From Ignavibacteria bacterium (lineage in GTDB: Bacteria > Bacteroidota > Ignavibacteria > Ch128b), in NCBI GenBank assembly GCA_026415235.1, contig JAOAHM010000062.1:32788-96787 (forward strand): a DNA stretch of 64,000 nucleotides. Direction: 5' to 3'. Both the position numbers and the translations under genes were made by a program. Below, piece by piece: positions 43,158 to 53,614 of the stretch. Position 1 is the first letter of the stretch. The number at the start of each line of letters is the position of its first letter. The notes beneath the pieces are model-generated. The model did no database searches and was not told where the DNA came from. It saw only the letters and a program-made list of their open reading frames with translations.

Positions 43158-44189
43158 ATGAGAAAAATTATTATAATCTCAGCCATAACATTAATATTCG
43201 TTAATCTAAATCTTTTTGCTCAGCTTGAAAGAAGCACCTCGAAAGTTGGAACAACAGCAGCAACATTTTTGAAGATTAATGCTGGTGCTCGTGCGATTGG
43301 AATGGCAGGTGCATTTGCTGCAATGGAAAATGATATCTATTCTATTTATTACAATCCAGCTGGTATTTCAAGAATATCTGGGACAGGGGCTGCAGCTTTC
43401 AATCATGCTAATTGGCTTGCTGATATGTCTTATGATTTTGCTGCGCTTGCACTTAATCTTGGTGATATTGGAAGTATTGCATTGAGTTTAACTTCCTTTA
43501 GTGTCCCTGAAGAAAAGGTTCGCACTTTTGATAATCCCGAAGGTGATGGTAGATATTGGGATGCATCTTCATTATCCCTTGGTGTTTCTTATGCAAGAAA
43601 TTTGACTGATAATTTTTCGATTGGTTTTAATTTGAAATATATTCGTGATCAAGTTTGGGATATGAGCGCAAGTTCAATTGCAATTGATGCGGGTACAATG
43701 TACACAACACCATTCAATGGATTGAGGATTGGTGCGAGCATTTCAAACTTTGGTACTAAAATGAAATTGGAAGGAAGAAATACTTACATCAATGTTGACC
43801 CAAATAATAATCCAAATTCAGGTCCAAATAATATTCCTGCAGAATACCGATTAGCATATTATGATATTCCTCTTTCTTTCAGAGTTGGTTTAGCGATGGA
43901 AGTTGTTAAAAGCCAATTAGTAACAATCACTACTTCTCTTGACGCTGTTCATCCCAATGATAATACAGAATATCTTAATCTTGGTTTGGAGTTTAATTTT
44001 AATAATAATTTTTATGCAAGAGGTGGTTATAAATCTTTATTCTTAAGAGATAGTGAACAAAGCTGGACATTTGGCTTTGGTTTGAATTATCCTATAATAA
44101 ACGATATTGGTCTATCGCTGAATTATGGTTTTGCTGATTATGGTAGATTGAAAAATGTTCAGTTCTTCGATTTAGTAGTAAATTTCTAA
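43158..44189 (+). CDS. PorV/PorQ-family outer-membrane beta-barrel (cassette 2, gene C), paralog of 6122..7144
   Basis: TGGAG RBS lies 7 nt before ATG 43158. There is a signal peptide ending ...NLNLFAQ. Motifs GARAIGMAGAFAAMENDIYSIYYNPAG and HPNDNTEYLN are shared with the paralog. The C-terminus is ...FFDLVVNF. Confidence 0.7.
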   Translation: MRKIIIISAITLIFVNLNLFAQLERSTSKVGTTAATFLKINAGARAIGMAGAFAAMENDIYSIYYNPAGISRISGTGAAAFNHANWLADMSYDFAALALNLGDIGSIALSLTSFSVPEEKVRTFDNPEGDGRYWDASSLSLGVSYARNLTDNFSIGFNLKYIRDQVWDMSASSIAIDAGTMYTTPFNGLRIGASISNFGTKMKLEGRNTYINVDPNNNPNSGPNNIPAEYRLAYYDIPLSFRVGLAMEVVKSQLVTITTSLDAVHPNDNTEYLNLGLEFNFNNNFYARGGYKSLFLRDSEQSWTFGFGLNYPIINDIGLSLNYGFADYGRLKNVQFFDLVVNF

Positions 44190-44198
44190 GGTGTGTTG

Positions 44199-44954
44199 AT
44201 GGCAGTCAAATCGAAAGAACTTGCTTCTGATTTGACTGCCGATTTTATTTTAAAGGTCAATAATATTCTATTAAAAAAATTTGGTAAACCTCCTCGTAAC
44301 TTCAACTCAAATCCACTTGATATTTTAGTCGCTACAATACTTTCTCAAAATACAAACGATTTAAATTCTCATAAAGCATTCGTTAATCTAAAAAATGAAT
44401 TTCAAAATTATGATGAATTAATCGAAGCTGATTTAAGACAAATAGAAAAATTAATCAGAATAGCAGGACTTGGTAAACAAAAAGCGAGAACAATTAAAAA
44501 ATTTCTTATATCTCTTAAAAAGAAAAACAAAAAGTTAGACCTTGATTTTTTAAAGAATTATTCAATTGACGAGGCACTTGATTTTTTAGTTAAACATGAT
44601 GGAATAGGAATAAAAACAGCTGCTTGTGTACTTTTGTTTGGTTTGAATAAAAATGTGTGTCCAGTTGATACGCATGTTCATCGAGTGATAAATAGACTTG
44701 GAATAGTTAAAACAAAAAATCGTGATAAAACTTTTGAAGAATTAAAAAAACATTTACCAAATGGTATCGCACATGAGTTTCATACGAATTTAATTAAACT
44801 TGGTCGGATAATTTGCCTTAGTCAAAATCCAAAATGTTATGAATGTCCACTTAAAAAACTTTGCTTATATGAACATAAAAACTTAGAAAAGCCTAAAATG
44901 AAAAACAAAGCTCCAACTAAGAATTCTGACTTTATGTTATTAGACTCTGTTTGA
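44199..44954 (+). CDS. Endonuclease III-family HhH-GPD DNA glycosylase with Fe-S cluster loop
   Basis: ILVATILSQNTND, the helix-hairpin-helix GIGIKTAACVLLFG, the catalytic region VDTHVHRV and CLSQNPKCYECPLKKLC. ATG 44199 lies 9 nt after the PorV-like gene stop. Confidence 0.75.
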   Translation: MAVKSKELASDLTADFILKVNNILLKKFGKPPRNFNSNPLDILVATILSQNTNDLNSHKAFVNLKNEFQNYDELIEADLRQIEKLIRIAGLGKQKARTIKKFLISLKKKNKKLDLDFLKNYSIDEALDFLVKHDGIGIKTAACVLLFGLNKNVCPVDTHVHRVINRLGIVKTKNRDKTFEELKKHLPNGIAHEFHTNLIKLGRIICLSQNPKCYECPLKKLCLYEHKNLEKPKMKNKAPTKNSDFMLLDSV

Positions 44955-45084
44955 TTGATTAGATAATTGAAATGATTGAGATCCTGTGATTTAAGTTTTC
45001 TTTTTTATATAGCTTGATTTCTAATTTGATATAAAAGATAATTTGGGTTTAAGAAATCAACATTCAAATTTTTTATTGACATCG

Positions 45085-45122
45085 AAAAAATTTAAAATAA
45101 ATAACCCCACCGAAGTGGGGTT
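45085..45122 (-). terminator. Rho-independent terminator of the cold-shock gene
   Basis: On the minus strand, stem AACCCCAC-TTCG-GTGGGGTT is followed by a T-rich run. Confidence 0.8.
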
Positions 45123-45144
45123 TATAGTTCTTATTAAATCAATA

Positions 45145-45357
45145 TTATCGTATAATTTTGACTTCAGCAGCTTGTAATCCTTTTGGACCTTGCTTTACTG
45201 AAAATTCGACCTTGTCATTTTCGGCTAAGGTTCTGTAACTATTACCAAGAATTGATTGATAATGAACGAATACATCCTCACCATTTTCTTGAGTGATGAA
45301 TCCGTAACCTTTAGAACTGTTGAACCATTTTACGGTTCCTCTTCTGCGCTCTGACAT
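45145..45357 (-). CDS. cspA: Cold-shock protein (CspA family)
   Basis: GTVKWFNSSKGYGFI (RNP1) and VFVHYQSI (RNP2). AAGGAG RBS. 70 aa. Confidence 0.95.
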   Translation of the reverse strand: MSERRRGTVKWFNSSKGYGFITQENGEDVFVHYQSILGNSYRTLAENDKVEFSVKQGPKGLQAAEVKIIR

Positions 45358-45641
45358 ATCAGAAGCTCCTTTAATAATTTGTTAATGATTATGTTATGAG
45401 ACAGGTTTGAAGTTGATGCTTAGAAGCTTACTGAAGGTTCGAAAAAATTTGTTTCTACTACTACAGACTTACAAAACAACTGTCTGCTAATTCAATATAG
45501 ACATAATTATTACTAAAACCTAATTTAAACTAAAAATTTTTCATTCAATCTAATTTCAAACCAATTAAAGTTGAAATTTGATAAAAAGTTATTCTTTTAT
45601 ACTTTGCATTCAACTAAGAATAAATTGAAAGGAAAAATAAA

Positions 45642-46076
45642 ATGGATAAAACTATCATTGATAAAATTATTAATCTTGTAGGCGAGCAAGTTGCACTCAA
45701 AGCAGTTTGCAATATTTCCGATAAAGGACCTATCGACGAAAAATTACACGCAGCTAAAATTGATAGAGCCAGATGGTTTGGATTAATTGAAAAAGATTCT
45801 TTAGCTCTCACAGAAATGGGAAAAATTTTCGCTTGTAAACTCTTTTTTGACTATGCAGAGAATGCATTTGAAGGAAATGAAACAGATGAAGATGATGAGA
45901 ATGAAAAAGAAAATGCAGAAAACGAAGATTGGGACGACGAGTTAGATGAATTAGAAGATTTAGATGATGAATTTAATGACGATGATTACGGTCTTGATGA
46001 TTGGGATGAAGATGATTGGGATGATGAAGATGATGATGATTTTAAACCAAATAAAGGCCCACGTAGAAGAAAATAA
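45642..46076 (+). CDS. Small protein with an extremely acidic W/D/E-rich C-terminal tail ending in a basic KGPRRRK; unknown function
   Basis: The ORF has a GAAAGGAAAA purine-rich stretch upstream and its own terminator. The tail reads ETDEDDENEKENAENEDWDDELDELEDLDDEFNDDDYGLDDWDEDDWDDEDDDDFKPNKGPRRRK. Confidence 0.55.
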   Translation: MDKTIIDKIINLVGEQVALKAVCNISDKGPIDEKLHAAKIDRARWFGLIEKDSLALTEMGKIFACKLFFDYAENAFEGNETDEDDENEKENAENEDWDDELDELEDLDDEFNDDDYGLDDWDEDDWDDEDDDDFKPNKGPRRRK

Positions 46077-46097
46077 TTTACTTCAAACTGATTAATT

Positions 46098-46135
46098 AAA
46101 GCTGAGATAAATTTTTATCTCAGCTTTAATTTTCA
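46098..46135 (+). terminator. Rho-independent terminator after the acidic-protein gene
   Basis: Stem AGCTGAGATAAA / TTTATCTCAGCT followed by TTAATTTT. Confidence 0.7.
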
Positions 46136-46162
46136 CTCCTTTGTAAATTTTTCTTGCTTTCT

Positions 46163-46170
46163 TAACTTTG
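46163..46170 (+). promoter_or_regulatory. Candidate TAnnTTTG -7 promoter element upstream of asnS
   Basis: TAACTTTG lies 21 nt upstream of ATG 46192. The octamer is identical to the one upstream of nusB. Confidence 0.3.
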
Positions 46171-46191
46171 TAAAAGTTTTTGCTAAAATTT

Positions 46192-47487
46192 ATGAAGAAA
46201 ATATACATAGAAGAACTTAACAACTATATTGGACAAGAAATAGAACTTTCAGGTTGGGTAACTCACAAAAGGTCAAGCGGTAAAATCCGTTTTATTGTAA
46301 TGAGAGATGGAAGTGGTATTTGTCAACTTGTATTAATTAAAAACCAACTTCCCGAAGAAACATTTAATAAGTTTGATGAGCTTACGCAAGAATCTTCCTT
46401 TAAAGTATTTGGTTTGGTGAAGAAAGAAGAGAGAGCGCCTGGTGGTTTTGAAATTGAAGTTAGAAATTTAGAAATCATTCATATCGCAAAAGATTATCCA
46501 ATAACTCCAAAAGAACATGGTGTTGAATTTTTGATGGACCACCGCCATCTTTGGCTTCGGTCGAGTCGTCAACATGCAATATTGAGAGTTAGACACGAGA
46601 TTATTAATGCTATCAGAACATTTTTTAATAATAAAGGATTTATTTTAGTTGATGCACCAATCTTAACTCCAGCAGCATGCGAAGGTACAACAACTTTATT
46701 TGAAACAGAATATTTTGATTTAGGAAAAGCTTATTTGACTCAATCTGGTCAACTGTATGCGGAAGCCGCTGCAATGGCTTTTGGAAAAGTTTACACTTTT
46801 GGTCCTACATTCCGTGCAGAAAAATCAAAAACTCGAAGACATTTAACTGAATTTTGGATGGTTGAACCAGAAGTGGCTTTTGCTGATTTGAACGATGATA
46901 TGGATTTAGCTGAAGAATTTGTTGAATATATTGTTCAAACAGTTATTAAAAATCGTCGTAAAGAACTTGAATATCTTGAAAGAGATATTTCAAAACTTGA
47001 AAAAGTTCAGAGACCATTCCCAAGAATTCATTACGAAGAAGCAATTGAAATCTTGAGAAAGAATGGAATTAACTTCGAGTGGGGTAATGATTTTGGTGGA
47101 ACTGATGAAACAGTTATCTCCGAGCAATTCGACAAGCCAGTGATGGTTCATCACTATCCTGCGCAAGTCAAAGCATTTTATATGAAACGTGACCCAAATG
47201 ATGAAAGATATGCATTAGCTGTTGATATGCTTGCACCAGAAGGATATGGTGAGATTATTGGTGGTAGTCAACGAGAAGATGATTACGAAACTTTATTAAA
47301 AAGAATTGAAGAACATAACCTACCTAAGGAAGCTTTCGAATGGTATCTCGATTTAAGAAGATATGGTTCTGTTCCACATGCTGGTTTTGGACTCGGAATT
47401 GAAAGAACCGTTGCGTGGATTTGTGGACTTGAACATGTTAGAGAAACAATTCCATTCCCAAGAATGATTTACAGAAATACACCTTAA
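46192..47487 (+). CDS. asnS: Asparagine--tRNA ligase
   Basis: Class IIb architecture with an N-terminal OB fold, motif 2 [21 protein letters not shown] and motif 3 [15 protein letters not shown]. The track start TTG 46180 is probably too early. Confidence 0.9.
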   Translation: MKKIYIEELNNYIGQEIELSGWVTHKRSSGKIRFIVMRDGSGICQLVLIKNQLPEETFNKFDELTQESSFKVFGLVKKEERAPGGFEIEVRNLEIIHIAKDYPITPKEHGVEFLMDHRHLWLRSSRQHAILRVRHEIINAIRTFFNNKGFILVDAPILTPAACEGTTTLFETEYFDLGKAYLTQSGQLYAEAAAMAFGKVYTFGPTFRAEKSKTRRHLTEFWMVEPEVAFADLNDDMDLAEEFVEYIVQTVIKNRRKELEYLERDISKLEKVQRPFPRIHYEEAIEILRKNGINFEWGNDFGGTDETVISEQFDKPVMVHHYPAQVKAFYMKRDPNDERYALAVDMLAPEGYGEIIGGSQREDDYETLLKRIEEHNLPKEAFEWYLDLRRYGSVPHAGFGLGIERTVAWICGLEHVRETIPFPRMIYRNTP

Positions 47488-47505
47488 GGAGAAACTGAAG
47501 TTTAT

Positions 47506-48021
47506 ATGAGCATTGAGATAATTACTTTTATAATCTTAGGAATAATCGGGCTTGCCTCGGCTATTCTTTTAGTTCTTCAAAAAAATCCTGTCTATTCAGC
47601 TTTATTATTAATACTTCATTTTCTTGCACTTGCTGGTTTGTATTTATTACTGAATGCGCAGTTTCTTGCAGTGCTTCAAATTCTGGTTTATGCTGGTGCA
47701 ATAATGGTACTATTCGTTTTCGTAATAATGCTGTTGAATCTTCAGAATGAAGAATCGCTAAAAGATCCTTTTAATCTTAGAAAAATTATTGCAACAGTAT
47801 TGGGCTTTGTATTATTACTTCAATTTGGTGTATTCTTTTTTATTAAAGCTAAAGATGATTTGGCAATTCAACCTTCACCAAATTCTATTGAAGCAGGTTC
47901 AGTTAAGAAAATAGGTGAGTTATTATTCTCAGTTTATTTAATTCCTTTTGAAGTTACATCATTTCTGCTTTTAGTTGGAATTATTGCTGCAATTGTTTTA
48001 GCAAAGAGGAAGTTCGAATGA
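47506..48021 (+). CDS. nuoJ: NADH-quinone oxidoreductase subunit J
   Basis: [49 protein letters not shown]. Size and position before nuoK also fit. Confidence 0.85.
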   Translation: MSIEIITFIILGIIGLASAILLVLQKNPVYSALLLILHFLALAGLYLLLNAQFLAVLQILVYAGAIMVLFVFVIMLLNLQNEESLKDPFNLRKIIATVLGFVLLLQFGVFFFIKAKDDLAIQPSPNSIEAGSVKKIGELLFSVYLIPFEVTSFLLLVGIIAAIVLAKRKFE

Positions 48022-48320
48022 TACCATTAAGTTTCTATTTAATATTAAGCGCTGCTTTTTTTGCAATTGGAATTGTAGGTGTATTAACAAGAAGAAATGC
48101 AATAATAATTTTTATGTGTATTGAATTGATGCTAAATGCTGTGAATTTAACTTTTGTTGCTTTTGCATCATTCTTTGGGGATAGCAGCGGTCAAATCTTC
48201 GTCTTTTTCGTGATGGCAGTTGCTGCTGCCGAAGCTGCAGTAGGTCTTGCAATTATTATTGCTTTGTTCAGAAACAAACTCACAATTAATGTAGATGAAG
48301 TAAACATTCTTAAATGGTAA
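48018..48320 (+). CDS. nuoK: NADH-quinone oxidoreductase subunit K
   Basis: A 100-aa, three-helix protein with [12 protein letters not shown] and [13 protein letters not shown]. Confidence 0.9.
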   Translation: MIPLSFYLILSAAFFAIGIVGVLTRRNAIIIFMCIELMLNAVNLTFVAFASFFGDSSGQIFVFFVMAVAAAEAAVGLAIIIALFRNKLTINVDEVNILKW

Positions 48321-50263
48321 GCATAATAATGATTACAAATTATATTTATCTCACTGTAATTTTTCCTCTAATTGGATTTTTAATTAATGGACTTTTAGGT
48401 CCAAAAATCAAAAACGAAAAAACAATCGGTATAATTGGAAGTGGTGTAGTAGGAATAGCATTTATTATTTCTCTTCTTGCATTTTTCGAGCTATTAGGTT
48501 TACCTGCTGAGGAAAGAAAAGTTATTGTCCCGCTTTTTAATTGGATTTCAGTTGAAAGCTTGAATGTTTCTTTTAGTTATCAGGTTGATCAACTTTCTTT
48601 GATAATGGCTTTAGTTGTAACGGGTGTAGGTTTTTTAATTCATGTTTATAGTATTGGTTATATGCATGGTGATAAAGGTTTTTGGAGATTCTTTGCTTAT
48701 TTGAATTTATTCATTTTCATGATGATGAATTTAGTTCTGGCTGATAATTTTGTTTTGATGTTTCTTGGTTGGGAAGGAGTTGGTTTGTGTTCATATCTAT
48801 TAATTGGTTTTTGGTATGATAGAAAATTTGAAAATAGTACAACAGCAGATGCAGCAAAGAAAGCATTCATCGTAAATCGAATTGGTGATTTTGGATTCCT
48901 ACTTGGAATGTTTTTGATTTACAAGACATTTGGAAGTTTAAATTTTGATGAAGTATTCACACTCGCAGGTAAAATTCCAGTTGCAGAAGTCACCATTACT
49001 TTGATTACAATATTTTTATTCATAGGAGCAACTGGGAAGTCTGCACAAATTCCACTTTATGTATGGTTACCTGATGCGATGGCAGGTCCAACTCCTGTTT
49101 CTGCATTAATCCATGCTGCAACGATGGTCACTGCTGGTGTTTACATGGTATCGAGGGCATCGGTACTTTTTGTTCAATCAGAAATTACGATGATGATTAT
49201 TGCAACTATTGGTGCTTTAACTGCAATTTTTGCTGCATCCATGGGACTTGTTCAAAATGATATCAAAAAAGTTTTAGCTTATTCTACCATAAGTCAACTT
49301 GGTTATATGTTTTTAGCCTCAGGAGTTGGTGCCTTTACTGCTGCAATTTTTCATTTAATGACGCATGCATTCTTTAAAGCATTATTGTTCCTTGGTGCAG
49401 GGTCAGTAATTCATGCAATGCATGAGGAACAAAACATTAAAAATATGGGTGGATTAAAACATCATCTTCCAACTACATACAAAACATTCTTAGTCGCTTC
49501 TCTTGCAATTGCTGGAATCCCACCACTCTCTGGTTTCTTCTCAAAAGATGAAATTTTATGGGAGACTTTTGCCACTGGATATACTTTCCTTTATCTGATT
49601 GGTTTAGTAACTGCATTCATGACCGCTTTCTATGTCTTCAGATTGTTCAACCTTACATTTGAAGGTAAACCACGATATCCTTCTCACATTCATCCACACG
49701 AATCACCAAAAGTTATGACTATCCCATTAATCATTCTTGCGATACTATCGGCTATTGGTGGTTTTGTTGGTATACCTGCAGTATTTGTTGGTGAAAGTGG
49801 AAACTTATTTAAGAACTGGTTAAACCCAGTTTATGAGCCAGCGGAAATGTTTTTGTTGCATGTTAGTTTGCACTCCCATGCGACTGAGATTTTATTAATG
49901 GTGATTTCAGTTGCGATTGCTATTTCAGGTATTTTGCTTGCAAGACATTTTTATTTACAAAATATCAAACCTATCGAATGGCTTATTGATAAATTTAATC
50001 GTCTATACAAATTAGTGTTTAATAAATATTATGTGGATGAAATTTATAACTTTCTTTTTGTTAATCCTATTGTAAAGTTTTCTGAAAAATTCTTATGGAA
50101 GATTAATGATACTATTATTATTGATGGTTTCATTAATGGTACAGCTGAGATGATTGATGAAATTGGAAAGCGAATTAGAAAAGTTCAAACAGGAATTGCT
50201 CAATTCTACGCTCTAATTATGATTTTTGGTATAACTCTAATAATCTTTCTACTATTGTTATGA
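48314..50263 (+). CDS. nuoL: NADH-quinone oxidoreductase subunit L
   Basis: [29 protein letters not shown] and a long C-terminal extension. An alternative ATG exists at 48329. Confidence 0.9.
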   Translation: MVSIIMITNYIYLTVIFPLIGFLINGLLGPKIKNEKTIGIIGSGVVGIAFIISLLAFFELLGLPAEERKVIVPLFNWISVESLNVSFSYQVDQLSLIMALVVTGVGFLIHVYSIGYMHGDKGFWRFFAYLNLFIFMMMNLVLADNFVLMFLGWEGVGLCSYLLIGFWYDRKFENSTTADAAKKAFIVNRIGDFGFLLGMFLIYKTFGSLNFDEVFTLAGKIPVAEVTITLITIFLFIGATGKSAQIPLYVWLPDAMAGPTPVSALIHAATMVTAGVYMVSRASVLFVQSEITMMIIATIGALTAIFAASMGLVQNDIKKVLAYSTISQLGYMFLASGVGAFTAAIFHLMTHAFFKALLFLGAGSVIHAMHEEQNIKNMGGLKHHLPTTYKTFLVASLAIAGIPPLSGFFSKDEILWETFATGYTFLYLIGLVTAFMTAFYVFRLFNLTFEGKPRYPSHIHPHESPKVMTIPLIILAILSAIGGFVGIPAVFVGESGNLFKNWLNPVYEPAEMFLLHVSLHSHATEILLMVISVAIAISGILLARHFYLQNIKPIEWLIDKFNRLYKLVFNKYYVDEIYNFLFVNPIVKFSEKFLWKINDTIIIDGFINGTAEMIDEIGKRIRKVQTGIAQFYALIMIFGITLIIFLLLL

Positions 50264-51792
50264 TGCATATGAAACATTACTTATTAACTTTAACAATATT
50301 TTTACCGCTAATTGGAGCAATCTTACTTCTTTTCATTAATAGCGAAAAGAAAAATCTTCTGAAGTATTTTGCTCTCGCTGTTTCAGCATTAACTTTTTTA
50401 ATTTCACTTGGTTTGTTTTTCGGATTTAGAGATAATCAAGTTGGTTTTCAATTTTTAACGAAAATAGAGTGGATTAAAAGTCTTAACATCAGTTATCACA
50501 TTGGAATTGATGGCATTTCATTGCTTTTAATATTACTTACCACTTTTCTAACGCCTTTAACGATTCTCTCATCATGGGAAAGTATTAAACATCGTGTGAA
50601 AGAATTTTTATTCTTCTTCTTGGTTCTTGAAACTGGAATGATTGGTGTTTTTGCATCATTAGATTTATTACTTTTTTACATATTCTGGGAAGCTATGCTC
50701 ATTCCAATGTATTTTATAATTGGTGTGTGGGGTGGTGAAAATAGAGTTTATGCTGCTATTAAATTCTTTTTATACACGATGTTCGGAAGCCTGTTGATGT
50801 TAGTTGCTATTATCGCACTTGGCGTCTCGGCAATGGAAAAGCTCGGATACTTTACTACAGATTACACTTTGCTTAAAACTATTTCACCAACTTTGGTTCA
50901 CTCAACTCAATTACTGATGTTTTTAGCTTTTGCTTTAAGCTTTGCAATTAAAGTCCCAATCTTTCCATTCCATACTTGGTTACCTGATGCTCATGTTGAA
51001 GCACCTACAGCTGGTAGTGTTATCCTTGCAGGTGTTTTACTTAAGATGGGAACTTATGGATTACTAAGATTTTGTCTAACTCTATTTCCACAAATCTCAA
51101 TTGAACTTGCTCCTTATCTAAGTGTCTTAGGAATAATTGGTATTATTTACGGTGCATTAGTTTCGATGGTTCAACCTGATATGAAAAAGTTAATTGCTTA
51201 TAGTTCTGTATCACATCTTGGATTTGTGGTATTGGGAATTTTCGCATTAACAGTTGAAAGTAATCAAGGTGCTTTGATTCAAATGATTAATCATGGTTTA
51301 TCAACAGGTGCCTTGTTCTTGTTAGTTGGGATGATTTATGATCGACGACATACAAGATTAATTTCTGAATTTGGTGGTATTGCTAAAGTTGTTCCAATTT
51401 ATTCAACGATTTTGTTGATTGTATCACTTAGCTCAATTGGTTTGCCTGGATTAAATGGTTTTATCGGTGAATTTTTAATTTTAATTGGTGCCTTTAAATC
51501 CTCCACATTGAATAGTCATTGGTATGCAGCATTTGCAGCAACTGGAGTTATCTTTGCTGCTGTTTATCTTTTATGGATGTATCAAAGAGTAGTTTTTGGT
51601 AAGCTCGAAAATCCACATAACAAAGAATTGAAGGATTTAAATAAACGAGAAATTGGTTTATTAATCCCAATTCTTTTGTTTATTGTTTGGATTGGAATTT
51701 ATCCTTCCACTTTTCTTAACAAATCAGAACTTTCAATTAAGAGTATTTTGAAAGAAGTTAATTCACAAAAAATTGAATTGATTAAAAGGTGA
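50260..51792 (+). CDS. nuoM: NADH-quinone oxidoreductase subunit M
   Basis: HTWLPDAHVEAPTAGSVILAGVLLKMGTYGLLRF. ATGA-type overlap with nuoL. Confidence 0.9.
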   Translation: MMHMKHYLLTLTIFLPLIGAILLLFINSEKKNLLKYFALAVSALTFLISLGLFFGFRDNQVGFQFLTKIEWIKSLNISYHIGIDGISLLLILLTTFLTPLTILSSWESIKHRVKEFLFFFLVLETGMIGVFASLDLLLFYIFWEAMLIPMYFIIGVWGGENRVYAAIKFFLYTMFGSLLMLVAIIALGVSAMEKLGYFTTDYTLLKTISPTLVHSTQLLMFLAFALSFAIKVPIFPFHTWLPDAHVEAPTAGSVILAGVLLKMGTYGLLRFCLTLFPQISIELAPYLSVLGIIGIIYGALVSMVQPDMKKLIAYSSVSHLGFVVLGIFALTVESNQGALIQMINHGLSTGALFLLVGMIYDRRHTRLISEFGGIAKVVPIYSTILLIVSLSSIGLPGLNGFIGEFLILIGAFKSSTLNSHWYAAFAATGVIFAAVYLLWMYQRVVFGKLENPHNKELKDLNKREIGLLIPILLFIVWIGIYPSTFLNKSELSIKSILKEVNSQKIELIKR

Positions 51793-51805
51793 GGTTAATT
51801 GATTG

Positions 51806-53245
51806 ATGAACAAATATATCTTCTTCCTACTAATCGCAACTGTTCTTTTAATTTTCCAACCAACACAACTAAGTGCATCAGAGAATCCTCAAAAGTCACA
51901 AAATACAGAAGTTACACAATCAACTGAACACAACATTTTTGATACACCACCATCACCTTACATGGTAATTCCTTTTATCGTTCTTTTACTGATGATTTCT
52001 ACTGGTCCTCTTTTTTATAAACATTTTTGGGAACATAACTATCCAAAAATTTCGATTACTCTTGGTTCGATAACAGTTCTTTATTATATATTTATCTTTC
52101 AAGATACTGCGAGTTTAATCCATACACTTGAAGAGTATATTTCTTTTATTGCTTTATTGACCTCGTTGTTCGTTGCATCAGGTGGAATTCTGATTAAGAT
52201 TGACCGTAAATCAACACCATTTGCAAATGTTCTTTTGCTTTTATTTGGTGCTGTTATTTCAAATTTGATTGGTACTACTGGTGCTTCGATGCTTTTGATT
52301 CGTCCTTACATCCGAATGAACCGAAATCGAATTAAACCTTATCACATTATCTTTTTCATTTTCGTTGTAAGTAATATTGGTGGTGGATTGACTCCAATTG
52401 GTGACCCGCCACTTTTCCTCGGTTTCTTGAAAGGAATAGAATTCTTCTGGGTCATTAAGCATGTATGGCATATTTGGTTATTAACTATCTTTTTGGTTCT
52501 AAGTGTTTTCTTCTTGCTTGATTATTTTAATTACAAAAAATCAGTTAGTGGTGTTGATAAAGAATATTCAGGTAAAATTGAGTTAAAAGGAAAAAAGAAT
52601 TTCATTTATCTTTTAATAATCATTATTTCAGTATTCATCGACCCAGCAGTTATGAGTTGGGTACCATCTTTACATCCATTACCATTTGGAATAAGAGAGA
52701 TAATAATGTTTACTGTTGCGTTTGTTTCATACAAACGAGCAGATAAAGAAGCATTGAAAGGAAATGAATTTAATTTCGATCCAATTAAGGAAGTTGCCTA
52801 TCTTTTCGTTGGAATTTTTGCGACGATGATTCCTGCACTTCAACTTGTTGCTTATGAAACTCACAAGTATGGAGAAAAATTAACTGCAGATATTTTTTAC
52901 TGGGGAACAGGTCTGCTTTCTTCAATTTTGGATAATGCTCCAACATATCTCAATTTCCTAAGTGCAGCGATGGGAAAATTTGGTTTAAATATTGATAACT
53001 ATCAGCATGTCAAGATTTTCGAAACACACGACCCAATTTACTTAATGGCAATTTCTGTTGCTGCTGTTTATTTTGGTGCGATGACTTACATTGGTAATGG
53101 ACCAAATTTTATGGTAAAATCTATTTCAGAAAGTTCGGGAATTAAACTACCATCTTTCTTTGGTTATGTAGCTAAGTATTCTATTCCAGTTTTATTGCCA
53201 ATTTTTACTTTAATTTGGTATTTATTCTTCTTTGGAAGAGGTTAA
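51806..53245 (+). CDS. ArsB/NhaD-superfamily ion transporter (putative NhaD-type Na+/H+ antiporter) embedded in the nuo operon
   Basis: AAGGTGAGG RBS. Polytopic membrane protein with blocks GGGLTPIGDPPLFLGFL, ILDNAPTYLNFL and GNGPNFMVKS, typical of this transporter superfamily. Confidence 0.6.
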   Translation: MNKYIFFLLIATVLLIFQPTQLSASENPQKSQNTEVTQSTEHNIFDTPPSPYMVIPFIVLLLMISTGPLFYKHFWEHNYPKISITLGSITVLYYIFIFQDTASLIHTLEEYISFIALLTSLFVASGGILIKIDRKSTPFANVLLLLFGAVISNLIGTTGASMLLIRPYIRMNRNRIKPYHIIFFIFVVSNIGGGLTPIGDPPLFLGFLKGIEFFWVIKHVWHIWLLTIFLVLSVFFLLDYFNYKKSVSGVDKEYSGKIELKGKKNFIYLLIIIISVFIDPAVMSWVPSLHPLPFGIREIIMFTVAFVSYKRADKEALKGNEFNFDPIKEVAYLFVGIFATMIPALQLVAYETHKYGEKLTADIFYWGTGLLSSILDNAPTYLNFLSAAMGKFGLNIDNYQHVKIFETHDPIYLMAISVAAVYFGAMTYIGNGPNFMVKSISESSGIKLPSFFGYVAKYSIPVLLPIFTLIWYLFFFGRG

Positions 53246-53249
53246 TAAT

Positions 53250-53612
53250 ATGAAAGTTAAAAATGCAATCGAACAAAAAAAGAATGGAATTTATTACAAT
53301 AATAGAATTTTACTTCCATTCAAATGTGAATTCCTCAAAGTAATTTTTGAAGACAAGATTATTACAAATTTCTCTTCTTCAAATCCTGATATTGAAATAG
53401 TTGAGCATGAAAACTTCACAGATATTTACTTTAAAAAATACAAAGACATACAAAACGAATTTTCACAATACGAACCGATTAAAATTATTGTCTGTGAAAA
53501 AGACGAAGACATCTTTGACTTCAAAAATCATATTAAGTTACTTCTTTATCTTGAAAATGAACACTTAATAAAAATTGAACTACCTGACGAAAACCAAATT
53601 ATCATAGATTGA
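53250..53612 (+). CDS. Small soluble hypothetical protein between the transporter gene and nuoN
   Basis: ATG 53250 lies 4 nt after the transporter stop; the track uses TTG 53232. It has no hydrophobic span and no motif I recognise. Its stop overlaps the nuoN TTG and lies 2 nt before the nuoN ATG. Confidence 0.45.
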   Translation: MKVKNAIEQKKNGIYYNNRILLPFKCEFLKVIFEDKIITNFSSSNPDIEIVEHENFTDIYFKKYKDIQNEFSQYEPIKIIVCEKDEDIFDFKNHIKLLLYLENEHLIKIELPDENQIIID

Positions 53613-53614
53613 TT

